Under the pieces are notes generated by a model, which was not told the origin of the DNA, made no database searches, and worked only from the letters and a program-made list of their open reading frames with translations. A program made the translations under genes and the position numbers. From a virus (taxonomy: Duplodnaviria; Caudoviricetes), in the IMG/VR virus record IMGVR_UViG_3300006169_000023, positions 1 through 59,694 of that record: a DNA stretch of 59,694 nt; one strand, written 5' to 3'. The stretch's first letter is position 1. The number at the start of each line of letters is the position of its first letter. Positions 43,680 to 53,106 of the stretch are shown in pieces.

Positions 43680-44339
43680 TCAGCAGGTGCGGAGGAAACC
43701 GCCGTGCAGGAACCCGTGGTAGGTCCCGCACACGATGGAGCCGGCGCCGGCGCTGCAGGTGTCGCCGGCCTTGTCGACATGGAGGGGTCTGCCTGTGCGG
43801 AGGCCCTGCGGGTCGCGGGGGTCGCCGTGGCGGATCCAGCACTTGTGGGATCGGTCGCCCTTCCGGGTGCAGTTGGAGGCCTCGGAGTCGACCATCCACT
43901 CGCCGCCCGGCGTCCGGACCACCAGCGCGATGCCATCGGGGCCGGTGTAGGCTGGGGCGCCCTCGAACCAGACCGCGTCCCACATGGCGCCAGCCGGGGC
44001 GTCGCGGATCGTGTAGAGGCGACCGTCCGGCGCGCCGGAGAAGAGCGGGTGGGGCGCGACCTGCCAGACGCTCTCGTCGCCGAATGCGATCCCGCAGCGG
44101 TCACAGCAGGCGGGCCACCGCGGGTCTTCGCGGCCGACCGCTTCCTCGCGCGCCCGCCAGATCCGGCGCTCCAGGTTGTCCTCGATCCAGTCCTCCCGCG
44201 GAGCCTGCTCCTGGATCCGCACGGACGCGTCGCAGCCCCACTCGCTGGCCACGCAGGTGCGTTCGGCGGCGAACGTGAAGCGGCGGAGCTCCACGCGGAC
44301 CAGGTCGGTCGGCTCCAGGAAGAAGACGGGGATCTGCAT
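43680..44339 (-). CDS. conserved Cys/His-rich phage protein (DUF6527-like C-terminus)
   Basis: DPRWP..C..CG, PAGAMWDA.W, W..D..ASNCT, H.CW.RHG.P, SI....YHGFL..G.L. Confidence 0.7.
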   Translation of the reverse strand: MQIPVFFLEPTDLVRVELRRFTFAAERTCVASEWGCDASVRIQEQAPREDWIEDNLERRIWRAREEAVGREDPRWPACCDRCGIAFGDESVWQVAPHPLFSGAPDGRLYTIRDAPAGAMWDAVWFEGAPAYTGPDGIALVVRTPGGEWMVDSEASNCTRKGDRSHKCWIRHGDPRDPQGLRTGRPLHVDKAGDTCSAGAGSIVCGTYHGFLHGGFLRTC

Positions 44340-44992
44340 CAGGCGGCCGGCCAGCGGAAGACCGCGGGCACCGTGTTCGGGTACGGCGCGATCGAGAGGC
44401 GGTTGGCCTGGTTACCGCCGAGCAGCAGGATCTTCCCCGGTGCGTCGCCGGCGTAGAACGCGACGTGCGCCGCGTTCGGGTTGCGCGCGTCCCGGCGGGG
44501 GATCACGACGATGCAGCCGCGGCGGGGCCGGTCCAGCTTCACGCCCCAGGTGCGCCAGCTGGCGGCCGCCGCGGAGCGCGTGCTGCGGATCCCGCTGGAT
44601 TCCATCGCCCAGCACGCGGAGGCGCTGCACCAGGCGGTCTCGTCGTCGTCGGCGCCGAGGCTGGTCAGCGCGTGGCAACGGAGGATCCACGCGTTGTGCT
44701 GGTGGCCCGGTACCTCCGCCTCGCCGAGCCGGGCGAGCATCTGCGCGAACCAGCGCGGATCATTCACCTGCAGCTGCGGGATCGGCTCCAGGAACCGTGT
44801 GGCCACCCAGCCGGAGAGCTTGAGCTCCGGGACGCCGACGCTGGTCCAGAGCCCGTCGCCCGAGCGCGAGCCCGGCACCACCAGGGTGCGCTGCTCGAGC
44901 TCCTTCGTGATGGACTCGTGGGGGCCGGCGCCGCGGCGGAGGTTGAGGCCTCGCGCGGCGACCCGGAGCGGGTGCGTGGCCACCGCTGTCAC
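44339..44992 (-). CDS. endolysin: SH3b plus TIGR02594-type NlpC/P60-CHAP domain
   Basis: LNLR.G.G...GWV..RFL; DDETAWCSA, S.AA.SW..WG, GCIVV..R, HVAFY, LGGNQ. Confidence 0.88.
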   Translation of the reverse strand: MTAVATHPLRVAARGLNLRRGAGPHESITKELEQRTLVVPGSRSGDGLWTSVGVPELKLSGWVATRFLEPIPQLQVNDPRWFAQMLARLGEAEVPGHQHNAWILRCHALTSLGADDDETAWCSASACWAMESSGIRSTRSAAAASWRTWGVKLDRPRRGCIVVIPRRDARNPNAAHVAFYAGDAPGKILLLGGNQANRLSIAPYPNTVPAVFRWPAA

Positions 44993-45537
44993 CGGTCCTC
45001 CCGGGGATCCACGGATGCCGCGGTGGTCTTGGTGAGTTGCTCGCCGGCCGCGTCCAGCGCCGCCCAGGTCTCGACCTTCAGCGCCTTCAGGTTCCGGGTG
45101 TGCGACTGGAACTCGGAGGCGATGAACCAGCCGAGGAATCCGGCGGTCCAGGCGGCGAATGTCGACGCGCCGGAGACCACCAGGGCGGCGTCGACGAGCG
45201 CGGCGTAGATCGCGAGGGAGGCCTTGAGCAGCTTCTTCTGCAGCCCGCGGTGGTGGGCCTCGGAGGTGTACCGGCCGCGCTTGTGCGCGAGCGCCGTCCC
45301 GCTCCAGATGTCGAAGCCGGCGGCGATCGCCGCGCCCAGCAGCAGGATGCCGTGCAGCGGGTGCCACATCGTGACGAGGGCGGCGAGGACCCCGCCGGCG
45401 AGCGCCGGCCCGGGCGAAGCGGCGGCGGCGATGCGGTGAGGTGCCACGGCGGAACTCCTGTCGTCTGAGGCACGCCCAGCCGGGAGTGCTGTTGGGTATC
45501 GCGGCCGCGCAGCAGCGGCAGTCGCGGTGGGCTGCAT
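44989..45537 (-). CDS. holin (phage holin family 4-like)
   Basis: Several TM helices, D..SG..A......S...GL.KK, E..S...NL; upstream of the endolysin; start may be GTG near 45448. Confidence 0.7.
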   Translation of the reverse strand: MQPTATAAAARPRYPTALPAGRASDDRSSAVAPHRIAAAASPGPALAGGVLAALVTMWHPLHGILLLGAAIAAGFDIWSGTALAHKRGRYTSEAHHRGLQKKLLKASLAIYAALVDAALVVSGASTFAAWTAGFLGWFIASEFQSHTRNLKALKVETWAALDAAGEQLTKTTAASVDPREDR

Positions 45538-45557
45538 CGCAGGCCTTCCGCAGGGGG

Positions 45558-45601
45558 AAATCGAAAAGGGTCCGCCACCGCCGAAGCGGGTGCGGACCCT
45601 C
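45558..45601 (-). terminator. intrinsic terminator/attenuator ahead of the lysis genes (cassette 4)
   Basis: AGGGTCCGC-ACCCGCTTCGGCGGTG-GCGGACCCT then TTTCGATTT. Confidence 0.85.
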
Positions 45602-45611
45602 GAGGGATCTC
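45594..45611 (-). promoter_or_regulatory. tandem GAGnnnCC box, cassette 4
   Basis: GAGATCCC-TC-GAGGGTCC; the second box lies in the stem 5' arm. Confidence 0.75.
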
Positions 45612-45654
45612 GATCAGATTACGGGCGGCGCGCGCGACGCCTCCGACAGCTTAG

Positions 45655-45683
45655 ACGTTACCCTCGCGGGGCGGCACCGTCAA
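45655..45683 (-). promoter_or_regulatory. sigma70-type promoter, cassette 4
   Basis: TTGACG-N17-TAACGT. Confidence 0.75.
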
Positions 45684-45703
45684 CCGTTTTCAGCCCTGAA
45701 TGT

Positions 45704-46213
45704 TCAGGACTCGTCGGCTGCCTCATCCTCATCCTCCAGCACCACGTCGTCGACCAGGAACGGCCCCAGGTCCGCCAGCGCGGCGTGGTCGATCCCCTTG
45801 AGCCCGTCGAACCAGCTCGCCTTGATCAGCCGGACCTGGACCGCTTCCACCCGCTTCTGCCGCTCCCGGATCTCCTCCAGCACGGCCGCGACCCGGTCCC
45901 CTTTGAGGGCGATGCCGTCGGCGCCTTCAATCAGTTTCCCACTCTTCCGGGCGCCGTGGCGCTCCAGGATGAGCCGCTCGTCGGCGCCGTAGTCCTCCGC
46001 GATCGAGTCGAGAGCCGTGTACAGGCGGCGGAGCGGCGTATGGGCGGCCACCGGGCAGAGAGGCACGCCGTTGTCGTTCCGCTGCTCCAGGAGGACGCGC
46101 GCGCCCGTCCGCGCCTTGAGGCACCTGGAGGTGGGCGCCTCGACGGTCGGCAGCTGGCGCTGCTCCGCTTCCTTCACGGCCGCGCTGGGGGCGGCACTGT
46201 TTCGCTTCGTCAT
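45704..46213 (-). CDS. hypothetical protein (tail-fibre associated)
   Basis: Helical ORF at the end of the tail operon. Confidence 0.6.
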   Translation of the reverse strand: MTKRNSAAPSAAVKEAEQRQLPTVEAPTSRCLKARTGARVLLEQRNDNGVPLCPVAAHTPLRRLYTALDSIAEDYGADERLILERHGARKSGKLIEGADGIALKGDRVAAVLEEIRERQKRVEAVQVRLIKASWFDGLKGIDHAALADLGPFLVDDVVLEDEDEAADES

Positions 46214-46219
46214 TCGCTC

Positions 46220-46480
46220 TTACCCGAGAAGGTTGTTGTTCCCGAAGGTGCGGATCGCCGCCAGGATGTTGGCGATCCAAGTCTGCTGCGTCGGAGTGAG
46301 ATCGCCGATCTCCCCTCGGACGGGCTCCAGGTCCCTCCCGCCGGCAGTGCTGCGGGTGACCAGGATGCCGCCGAGGATGCCCGACACCTCCCCGGTCGCC
46401 GGGTCGCGCCGGGTGTGGAACTCGATACCGACGATGTCGATGTTCGCAGCGACGGGTGCTGCTGGCTTCTGGAGTGCCAT
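46220..46480 (-). CDS. hypothetical protein
   Basis: Follows the tail fibre gene in the same direction. Confidence 0.6.
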   Translation of the reverse strand: MALQKPAAPVAANIDIVGIEFHTRRDPATGEVSGILGGILVTRSTAGGRDLEPVRGEIGDLTPTQQTWIANILAAIRTFGNNNLLG

Positions 46481-46486
46481 GGACGC

Positions 46487-48361
46487 TCAGGTGTTGTAGA
46501 AGGGGATCTTCCGGTTCGTCCCGGCGATGCTCACCACCCAGTACCCGACCGGGGTCGCCGGCAGTGCGGAGGCCCCGCCAGCCGCGCCGACCGTGGTCGC
46601 GGTGGTGGGCGCCGTCAGGGTCAAGTTGGTGCCGATCGTCAGCCCGAACACGACGGTCGCGTTACCGGTGAGCCCGATGTTGAAGGTCTCGGTGAGCGTC
46701 CCGTCGATCGTCTGCTTGATGAAGAACAGGGTGTCCTGGGTGCTGGCAGTCGCGTCCGTCCACAGCGCTCCGCTCTTCGCGAACCCGACCTGCCCGGCGC
46801 GCTTTGCGGTGGACGTGCTGGTCACCATGATGAACTGCATCACCAGGCCTGCACTCGTGCCCGTGCTGCGGTTGATGTAGTTCAGCGCGGAGGCAGAGCT
46901 GTTGAAGTCCGCGAAGATGTCGACCCCGACGTTGGATCCCAGGCTGTGGCCGACGGTGATGGACTGGTCGCCCACCACCAGGACGTCGTTCACGGTCTGT
47001 GACCCGACGTTCACCCGCTTCCGGAGATTGACCACGCTGGACGGGACGTCGAGGGTGCCATTGAGGGTCAGCCCGGTGGAGCTGAACTGCATCCGGTTGG
47101 TGCTGGACCCGAAACGGAAGTTGATCACCCCACCCACGGCATCCGTCCGCAGCACGATGTCGCCCAGGGCGTTGAGCATGTTCATCGTGCGGTCCGCGAC
47201 CACGGGGTAGCCGATGTAGCCGCTCCGCGTGGCCTGATCCGCGGCGTCCGCGAAGAAGCCGATGAAGACCCGGTCCGCGGTCCCGCCCTTCGCCTGGATG
47301 GGTTCCACGGCGTTGGCGCTGAACGTCGCCACGCCGCCGACGGAGACGGTGCCGCTCACCGTCAGGGACGTGAGGGTCCCGACCGCGGTGATCCCCGTGT
47401 AGGACCCGGTGATGCGGCCGGACGGAACCGTGCCCGCGTTGAGGTTCGAGGCGCTCCGGAAGAAGGCGGCGTCCTGTCCGGAGGCTCCGAGGTACTGCGC
47501 GTTGAGGTTGGCCACCTGGGTGGTGGAGGTCACCACCAGCGGCGCCGTCCCGGTCGCGACCGTCGACACCAGCTGGGATCCTTGCACGAGCCCGGTGGCC
47601 ACCACCGTCAGCGACACCGCCAGCCCGCCCGTCACCGAGAGGGCGTTGCTGCCGCTCCGGAACACGAACACGTCCGTCCCGAACGCGATGCCCCCGGTGT
47701 TGGAGGTGTGCGTGGCGAGCGACAGCCGCGCGGGGATTGAGCCACCGTCTGCGAAGCTACCGCCCAGCAGCACCCGCCCGTTCGCATCCATCTGGAAGCG
47801 ATAGGGATTGCTCGCCGCCTGGTAGTCGTAGATGTAGAACCGACGGCCCGAGAGCGTGGCGGGATCCGCGAGCTGCATCCCGAAGCTGAACGTGCGGGAC
47901 ACGACGCCCGTCGCGTTCCGGCGCGACGCGAAGCTCACCTCGCCGTAGCTGCTGGTGGCGACATCCGCGTTTGCGACCACGGAATGCTCCGCGTACCCGA
48001 GCGTCTCGTCCGGCTCGTAGGTCGCGGTGGTGGGGTCGAAGTCGTAGTCCAGATCCGCCCCGAACACACCCACCCGCAGTCGCCCCTCGTTCGCCGTGAA
48101 CGTCCCGCCCACCTCCACGTCTCCGGAGAGGTACTCCTCGACCGCATCGTCGAAGTCGACGACCTGGTCGGCGAGGATCGAGACCGGATCGGAGCCGTCC
48201 GAGCTGTGGGTCGAGCCGTGGCCGCCGAGCCCGCCGCCGCCGGTCGTCCCGCGGCGGCTAAAGACCGGCACGCCGTCACTGACCCGCTGCTGGATGTCGA
48301 ACTCGTCGCCCAGGAGGATCGCGCCCTCCCACTCCCGGCCGTCCGTGGTTACGAGCTTCAT
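46487..48361 (-). CDS. tail fibre / receptor-binding protein
   Basis: G/T/S-rich; H.STH..DGSDP; STVATGTAPL.V.STT.V.NLNA; C-terminal GAAGGASALPATP.GY...KIPFY. Confidence 0.8.
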   Translation of the reverse strand: MKLVTTDGREWEGAILLGDEFDIQQRVSDGVPVFSRRGTTGGGGLGGHGSTHSSDGSDPVSILADQVVDFDDAVEEYLSGDVEVGGTFTANEGRLRVGVFGADLDYDFDPTTATYEPDETLGYAEHSVVANADVATSSYGEVSFASRRNATGVVSRTFSFGMQLADPATLSGRRFYIYDYQAASNPYRFQMDANGRVLLGGSFADGGSIPARLSLATHTSNTGGIAFGTDVFVFRSGSNALSVTGGLAVSLTVVATGLVQGSQLVSTVATGTAPLVVTSTTQVANLNAQYLGASGQDAAFFRSASNLNAGTVPSGRITGSYTGITAVGTLTSLTVSGTVSVGGVATFSANAVEPIQAKGGTADRVFIGFFADAADQATRSGYIGYPVVADRTMNMLNALGDIVLRTDAVGGVINFRFGSSTNRMQFSSTGLTLNGTLDVPSSVVNLRKRVNVGSQTVNDVLVVGDQSITVGHSLGSNVGVDIFADFNSSASALNYINRSTGTSAGLVMQFIMVTSTSTAKRAGQVGFAKSGALWTDATASTQDTLFFIKQTIDGTLTETFNIGLTGNATVVFGLTIGTNLTLTAPTTATTVGAAGGASALPATPVGYWVVSIAGTNRKIPFYNT

Positions 48362-48363
48362 GA

Positions 48364-51300
48364 TCAGGGCACCGTCAGGGTCAGCTGAGCGCTCCACGCC
48401 TCGCCCGCCACGTCGTTCGCACCGCCGCGGTACCGGACGCGCACCTTCACCTCGTCGCCGGACACGAAGGCGTATCCCTCCGCAGCACCGATGGCCTTGG
48501 TGCTGATCGCGGCGCCGCTGTACAGGAACGTCGTGACCACGTCGTTCTGGTCGACCTCGAACTCGAGGAGGCCCTGGTACCAGTCAGCGCCGCCCGGGCC
48601 GGTGAACGCGTGGTGCGTGAAGTCGAAGGAGACATTTCCGCCGCCGGCCCAGACGAGCGAGTCCGCGGTGGGCGCCACCTGGGGCGTGATGTAGAACGGC
48701 GCCCCGTAGTCGCTGAAGGGGTAGTCCTCCCCGTCATCCACGTCCTCGTAACGCACGCGCGGGAGGACCTTCGTTCCCCAGCCGAATGCGATGCACTGGT
48801 CGACCACGAAGGGGCCGCCCACCGCGTTCCGGGTCGCCCAGTCCGAGTCCCCGCTCTCCAGCTTGCCGGTGTTCGGGTAGACGTAGGCCTCCCGGGTCAC
48901 CGTGGCGCCGAGGTGGTTGGTGACCAGCATCTGCACGAGCACCGCGTTCACGGCGTCCGTGTCGATCCAGCTCGTCTTGATGTACCGGGTCCAGGTGTCG
49001 CCCGGGGTGCCCGCGGAATCGAATGCGATCGACGGCGTGGTCGGCGCGCTGCTCTCGCCCGAGCCGACCAGGACCTCCTCGGCGTCCTCGTCGTCCCAGC
49101 GGTTGTCCGGCGCATAGGCCCGAACGTAGAAGTGCCAGGTCCCCGCGATGCAGGGGAACTCGACCTGCAGCGTCGCCGGCGTCAGCACCTCGGGCCCGCG
49201 GCGGTAGAGCGCGACCGGCTCTCCGTCGACGTCCAGCGGCGGCTCGCCGATCCTCGCCCACAGCGCCCAGCGCACCACCTGGCCCTCGAACGCAACCACC
49301 ACCCGGCACGTGCCCGGCGTGGGCTCCGTTACCGTGATCGACTTCACGTATGGGAACGGCGAGGCGGGGCGGCCGATCTGCTTGGGCGCCTTCCCGCCGC
49401 GTCGGGCCAGTGCACGAAGGTAGCTGGTCGGCAGCGCGCCGAGCTCGATCGCCGTCTCCATCGGCGCGAGGTGGTTCCGCTGCAGACCAAGCACCCTCAG
49501 CCGGACGTCGACGCCGAGGTCGCGGTCCCGGACGTCGACGGCGCCGCCCACCACCAGCTGGTAGGGCGAGAACGTCGCCGGCGAGAGCCGGTAGAGGTCC
49601 GCCAGCGTAATCGAGTACTGCTTCCGCGCGAGCGAACGCTCGAGCAGCGCGTCCAGCGCCCGGCGCCACAGGACGTTGCTCGCCTGGAACTGGTAGAGCG
49701 TGTCCGCGCCGCCCGCGGTCTGCGTGAGCTGGGCCGCGTCCATGTAGATCTCTGCCGGCCCCTGGTGGGCGACCATCCGGACCTTGGCCCGCGTCGCGCC
49801 GATCTCGTACGCGTTGATCCCGCCGACCCTCAGGTCCTCGACGAACGTGCCGAGCACCGCCGTGGTCGCCGGCGACCCAGGGGGCGGCATCACCACCTCA
49901 CCGCCGGGAGTGTCCAGGACCAGCTCGAACCGGACGATCCCGCTGACCACCCACAGGTTGCTCTGCGCGGAGAGGAACGGCCGCTTCTCGGTGGGCACGA
50001 TCGGCACGTAGTCCGATTCAATCCCCTCGCCGTCGGCGGCCATCTCCACCCGGATCCCGTACTTGCCGTACTTGGCGTGCAGCCCGTCCGCCACGGCGGT
50101 GAGCACGGCCGCGCCCAGCGCGGTCCAGAAGTCCGGCTGCCCGCCGGTGAGGCGATCGAAGAAGGGGTTCAGCACCAGGTTGTTCACGCCCGGCACGTCG
50201 TCCGCGTAGAGGAACTTCGGGAAGACGCCGAGCAGCGCGACGGCCGCGGGGTCCTGCAGGTGCGTGAGTTGGGCGCCCGTGTTGTCGCGCCGCACGTGCA
50301 CGACCTGGCCGACCGGGAAGTTGGCCACCTGGCCGGCCGCGATCTGCACCCGCTGCAGCGCTTCGTCGGTGTCCAGAATGACGGTCCGGGTCGCGGTGCC
50401 GGCCTTCTCGAGGTAGAACCCGTTCAGCTGGCCGGCGAACGCGATCGGCGCGATCGGCGCGGACTCCAGCGTGATCCAGCCGGTAACCCCGTCCGCGGCC
50501 GCCACGATCCACCGAGCCTCGCCCATGTTCGTGCGGAACCCGTCCACCTCCTGGCCCAGCGGATAGATGCGGCTGGCCTGGTCGGTCGCGTCGGCCTCGA
50601 CCCGGAGCGACCTGAGGTTGTGCCCCCCCTCGATCTGGACGACGTCGGCGCTGGAACCCTGGAACTCGACGATGCTCACCGCATACAGGCCGCCGACCTG
50701 CCGGGTCACCTCGATCTCGTGCGACAGCTGCTCCGCGAGGGCGCGGAGTACTCCGAGCGGCGTGGTCTCCTGGTAGGCGAGCTCCGGGACGTCGTCGACG
50801 GGCACCACCTCGCCGGCGACGAAGTGGTCCGGCGCCATCTCCAGGATCTCGTCCAGGTGCTCGGCCGGGGTCAGCTCGAACAAGGAGAAGCCATGCTCGA
50901 CCGAGCCGTCGGCGTTCACGCGCTCCGTGACGCCGGTGTTGAGGTCCATGGGGATCGACTCGCACTCGATCCGGCCCTCCAGCGTTCCGCGCTCCGTACG
51001 GGCTGCGACGTAGCTGAGGATCCGCCACTCCTCCCAGCTCCCGTCAGTGAAGATCACCCGGAGGACCCTGCGCTCGAGAACGTGAGCCCAGAGCGCGTCA
51101 CTCGGCGCGGCCTTAACGTCGTCGAGAGGACCAGGCGGCAGGTACCAGGGTGCGCCGAGGGAGAGGCGCTCGCGTCCCTGCAGCTCCAGGATGTCACCCA
51201 GCGCGTGGACGTTGGGGATCGACGCGAGCCGGAGCCCGCTGCTCACCTCGACGTCCGACCACACCTCCACCCACGCCACATATCGGCCGGAGAAGGGGCG

Positions 51301-52311
51301 GCTGGCCGCGGCACCTGGGGCCTCGATGCTGAAGATCCCGGACTCCACCCAGCTGGATGAACCGTCGTTGTCGGTGGCGCGGACCCTCAGCTGGCAGTTC
51401 GCCGATACGATCCCGGCCACGCTCCCGGTCCAGGACGTCGCGGTGATCCCGGATGCGAGCGAGAGCCAGTCAGCGCCCCCGTTGGTGCTCAGCTCCAGGT
51501 CATAGGTGATCGGGTCGGCATCGCCCGTTGCAGCGCCCCATGCCGCCGAAAGGAGGCCGGCGACCGCCCCCCCGGCGGCTGGACTGACGAATGCGCCCGG
51601 ATCACCGGGGACCGAGTCCAGCGGCTCCGACGCGGTGGTGGTCCAGGTCGCGTTGACGATGTCCGCGTCGTTTCCGGCGCCGGCCGAGTTGGTAAGGGTC
51701 GCGCCGGCGCCCTCGTCGCACTTGTAGTAGCGGTCCAGCCCGGCGACGGGGCCTGAAATTCGGGTGAACGCGCGGGCGAGGATCTCCGCGTCGGACGGGA
51801 TCGTCGAATGGATCCGGACGTCCGAGTAGTAGAGGTCGCCCTCAGATGGTCCGAACCAGCCCCCGACCTTGCCGAGGAAGAGGTGGGTGAGCGCGTTGTA
51901 GGCACTCCCCGCCGGCGTCACGGACTCCCTCAGGACCCCATCGACGTAGATCTTCAGCTCCTTCGTGGTGCCGTTGAAGGTGTAGGTCAGCCGGTGCCAG
52001 GTCGCAGCGGAGACGAGCAGCGCGACGGTCAGGCCGGTGTTGGTGAAAGTGCCTGTGTAGAAGTATCCGCCGACGGCGCCGTCGCCGCGGACCACCCCGC
52101 CGTGCGAGAACGTACCCATCAGGTCCGCGACATTCGCGGAGCTGCCGCCCATGAACATCGCCCAGCCCCCACCCACGCCGGGTAGAACGGGCGCATAGAC
52201 CAGCAGCTCGATCGCACCCGTAGCGCCGTACACACCGGCCCCGGGCAGGGGGATGCGAACGTACTGATCGGGCGCCGCTGCGCCGTCGATCCGGATGCAT
52301 GGGAAGGCCAT
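48364..52311 (-). CDS. baseplate hub (Tal-like) with N-terminal LamG and Fn3 domains and an internal CBM-like domain
   Basis: WH.L..T....K.YVDG, D.RI, YY..DEG.G.T..NS; G.NL.SL...D.....RIYPLG; NL..NP.F. Confidence 0.78.
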   Translation of the reverse strand: MAFPCIRIDGAAAPDQYVRIPLPGAGVYGATGAIELLVYAPVLPGVGGGWAMFMGGSSANVADLMGTFSHGGVVRGDGAVGGYFYTGTFTNTGLTVALLVSAATWHRLTYTFNGTTKELKIYVDGVLRESVTPAGSAYNALTHLFLGKVGGWFGPSEGDLYYSDVRIHSTIPSDAEILARAFTRISGPVAGLDRYYKCDEGAGATLTNSAGAGNDADIVNATWTTTASEPLDSVPGDPGAFVSPAAGGAVAGLLSAAWGAATGDADPITYDLELSTNGGADWLSLASGITATSWTGSVAGIVSANCQLRVRATDNDGSSSWVESGIFSIEAPGAAASRPFSGRYVAWVEVWSDVEVSSGLRLASIPNVHALGDILELQGRERLSLGAPWYLPPGPLDDVKAAPSDALWAHVLERRVLRVIFTDGSWEEWRILSYVAARTERGTLEGRIECESIPMDLNTGVTERVNADGSVEHGFSLFELTPAEHLDEILEMAPDHFVAGEVVPVDDVPELAYQETTPLGVLRALAEQLSHEIEVTRQVGGLYAVSIVEFQGSSADVVQIEGGHNLRSLRVEADATDQASRIYPLGQEVDGFRTNMGEARWIVAAADGVTGWITLESAPIAPIAFAGQLNGFYLEKAGTATRTVILDTDEALQRVQIAAGQVANFPVGQVVHVRRDNTGAQLTHLQDPAAVALLGVFPKFLYADDVPGVNNLVLNPFFDRLTGGQPDFWTALGAAVLTAVADGLHAKYGKYGIRVEMAADGEGIESDYVPIVPTEKRPFLSAQSNLWVVSGIVRFELVLDTPGGEVVMPPPGSPATTAVLGTFVEDLRVGGINAYEIGATRAKVRMVAHQGPAEIYMDAAQLTQTAGGADTLYQFQASNVLWRRALDALLERSLARKQYSITLADLYRLSPATFSPYQLVVGGAVDVRDRDLGVDVRLRVLGLQRNHLAPMETAIELGALPTSYLRALARRGGKAPKQIGRPASPFPYVKSITVTEPTPGTCRVVVAFEGQVVRWALWARIGEPPLDVDGEPVALYRRGPEVLTPATLQVEFPCIAGTWHFYVRAYAPDNRWDDEDAEEVLVGSGESSAPTTPSIAFDSAGTPGDTWTRYIKTSWIDTDAVNAVLVQMLVTNHLGATVTREAYVYPNTGKLESGDSDWATRNAVGGPFVVDQCIAFGWGTKVLPRVRYEDVDDGEDYPFSDYGAPFYITPQVAPTADSLVWAGGGNVSFDFTHHAFTGPGGADWYQGLLEFEVDQNDVVTTFLYSGAAISTKAIGAAEGYAFVSGDEVKVRVRYRGGANDVAGEAWSAQLTLTVP

Positions 52312-52314
52312 TGG

Positions 52315-53103
52315 CTACAGCCAGGCGCGGCGGTAGACCAGCTCGCCGGATCCGTCCGTGAGCTCGATCGTCGGCCAGTCCTCGGCGGCCAGGTCGGCGT
52401 ACGCCGGTAGGAGCCGCGGCCACGTCGAGGTGCTCGCGACGTACAGGTGGATCGCGTTCACGCCGTCCTGGTCGACCACCGTCTGCGAGTAGGTGTCGAT
52501 CACCAGCGACTCGTCCCCGGCGAGCACGGTGCCGGTGAAGTCCATCCGCGCGACCTCGTCCCCGGAGTAATCCTTCAGGATCAGGATCGGGTCGGTGGCG
52601 GGCCCCTCGATCATGATCCGCGGCAGGGTCCGGCCGTCGCCCATCGGGACCGGCGCCGGGGCCGCGCTCAGCGAGACCGAGCTGGTGAGCAGGTCGTAAG
52701 CGTAGGGGTCTGGGCAGGTGATCGAGATCGTGATGTCGGCCGCCAGCTGATCGAGGTCCGGGCTGATCGGCGTGACCGGCAGCGCGTCGATGGACCCGCG
52801 GAACTCCAGGTCCGGCTGGTCAGGGAGCACCAGCGCGATCGGCCCCAGCGAGAGCGCGCGCATGAGGGCCCTGCGCTTCGCAATGAAGTCGGCGCGGGTG
52901 GAGCCGCGCTGCGTCCCGATCAGCGTGATCTTCCGCGGCTGGATGGTCCCACCCGGGTCCAGGTACAGCGCGTCGTCACGCCCGGGCACCTCCTGGGTGA
53001 CCGGCACGCGGACCACGCCGTTCAGGTGGCCGGTCACGTTCCGAACGATGAGGCCATACTCGTCCTCGACGTCGATGCCGTCGATCAGGATGCCGGATTC
53101 CAT
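52315..53103 (-). CDS. distal tail protein (Dit)
   Basis: VPGR.......PR.I.L, L..PD.P..EF, I.I.CPDPYAY, L.ID, YR.AWL. Confidence 0.85.
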   Translation of the reverse strand: MESGILIDGIDVEDEYGLIVRNVTGHLNGVVRVPVTQEVPGRDDALYLDPGGTIQPRKITLIGTQRGSTRADFIAKRRALMRALSLGPIALVLPDQPDLEFRGSIDALPVTPISPDLDQLAADITISITCPDPYAYDLLTSSVSLSAAPAPVPMGDGRTLPRIMIEGPATDPILILKDYSGDEVARMDFTGTVLAGDESLVIDTYSQTVVDQDGVNAIHLYVASTSTWPRLLPAYADLAAEDWPTIELTDGSGELVYRRAWL

Positions 53104-53106
53104 GAC

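Noticed and set aside
46487-52311. Diversity-generating retroelement or invertible tail-fibre cassette
   Set aside because: No reverse transcriptase, template/variable repeat pair or invertase seen
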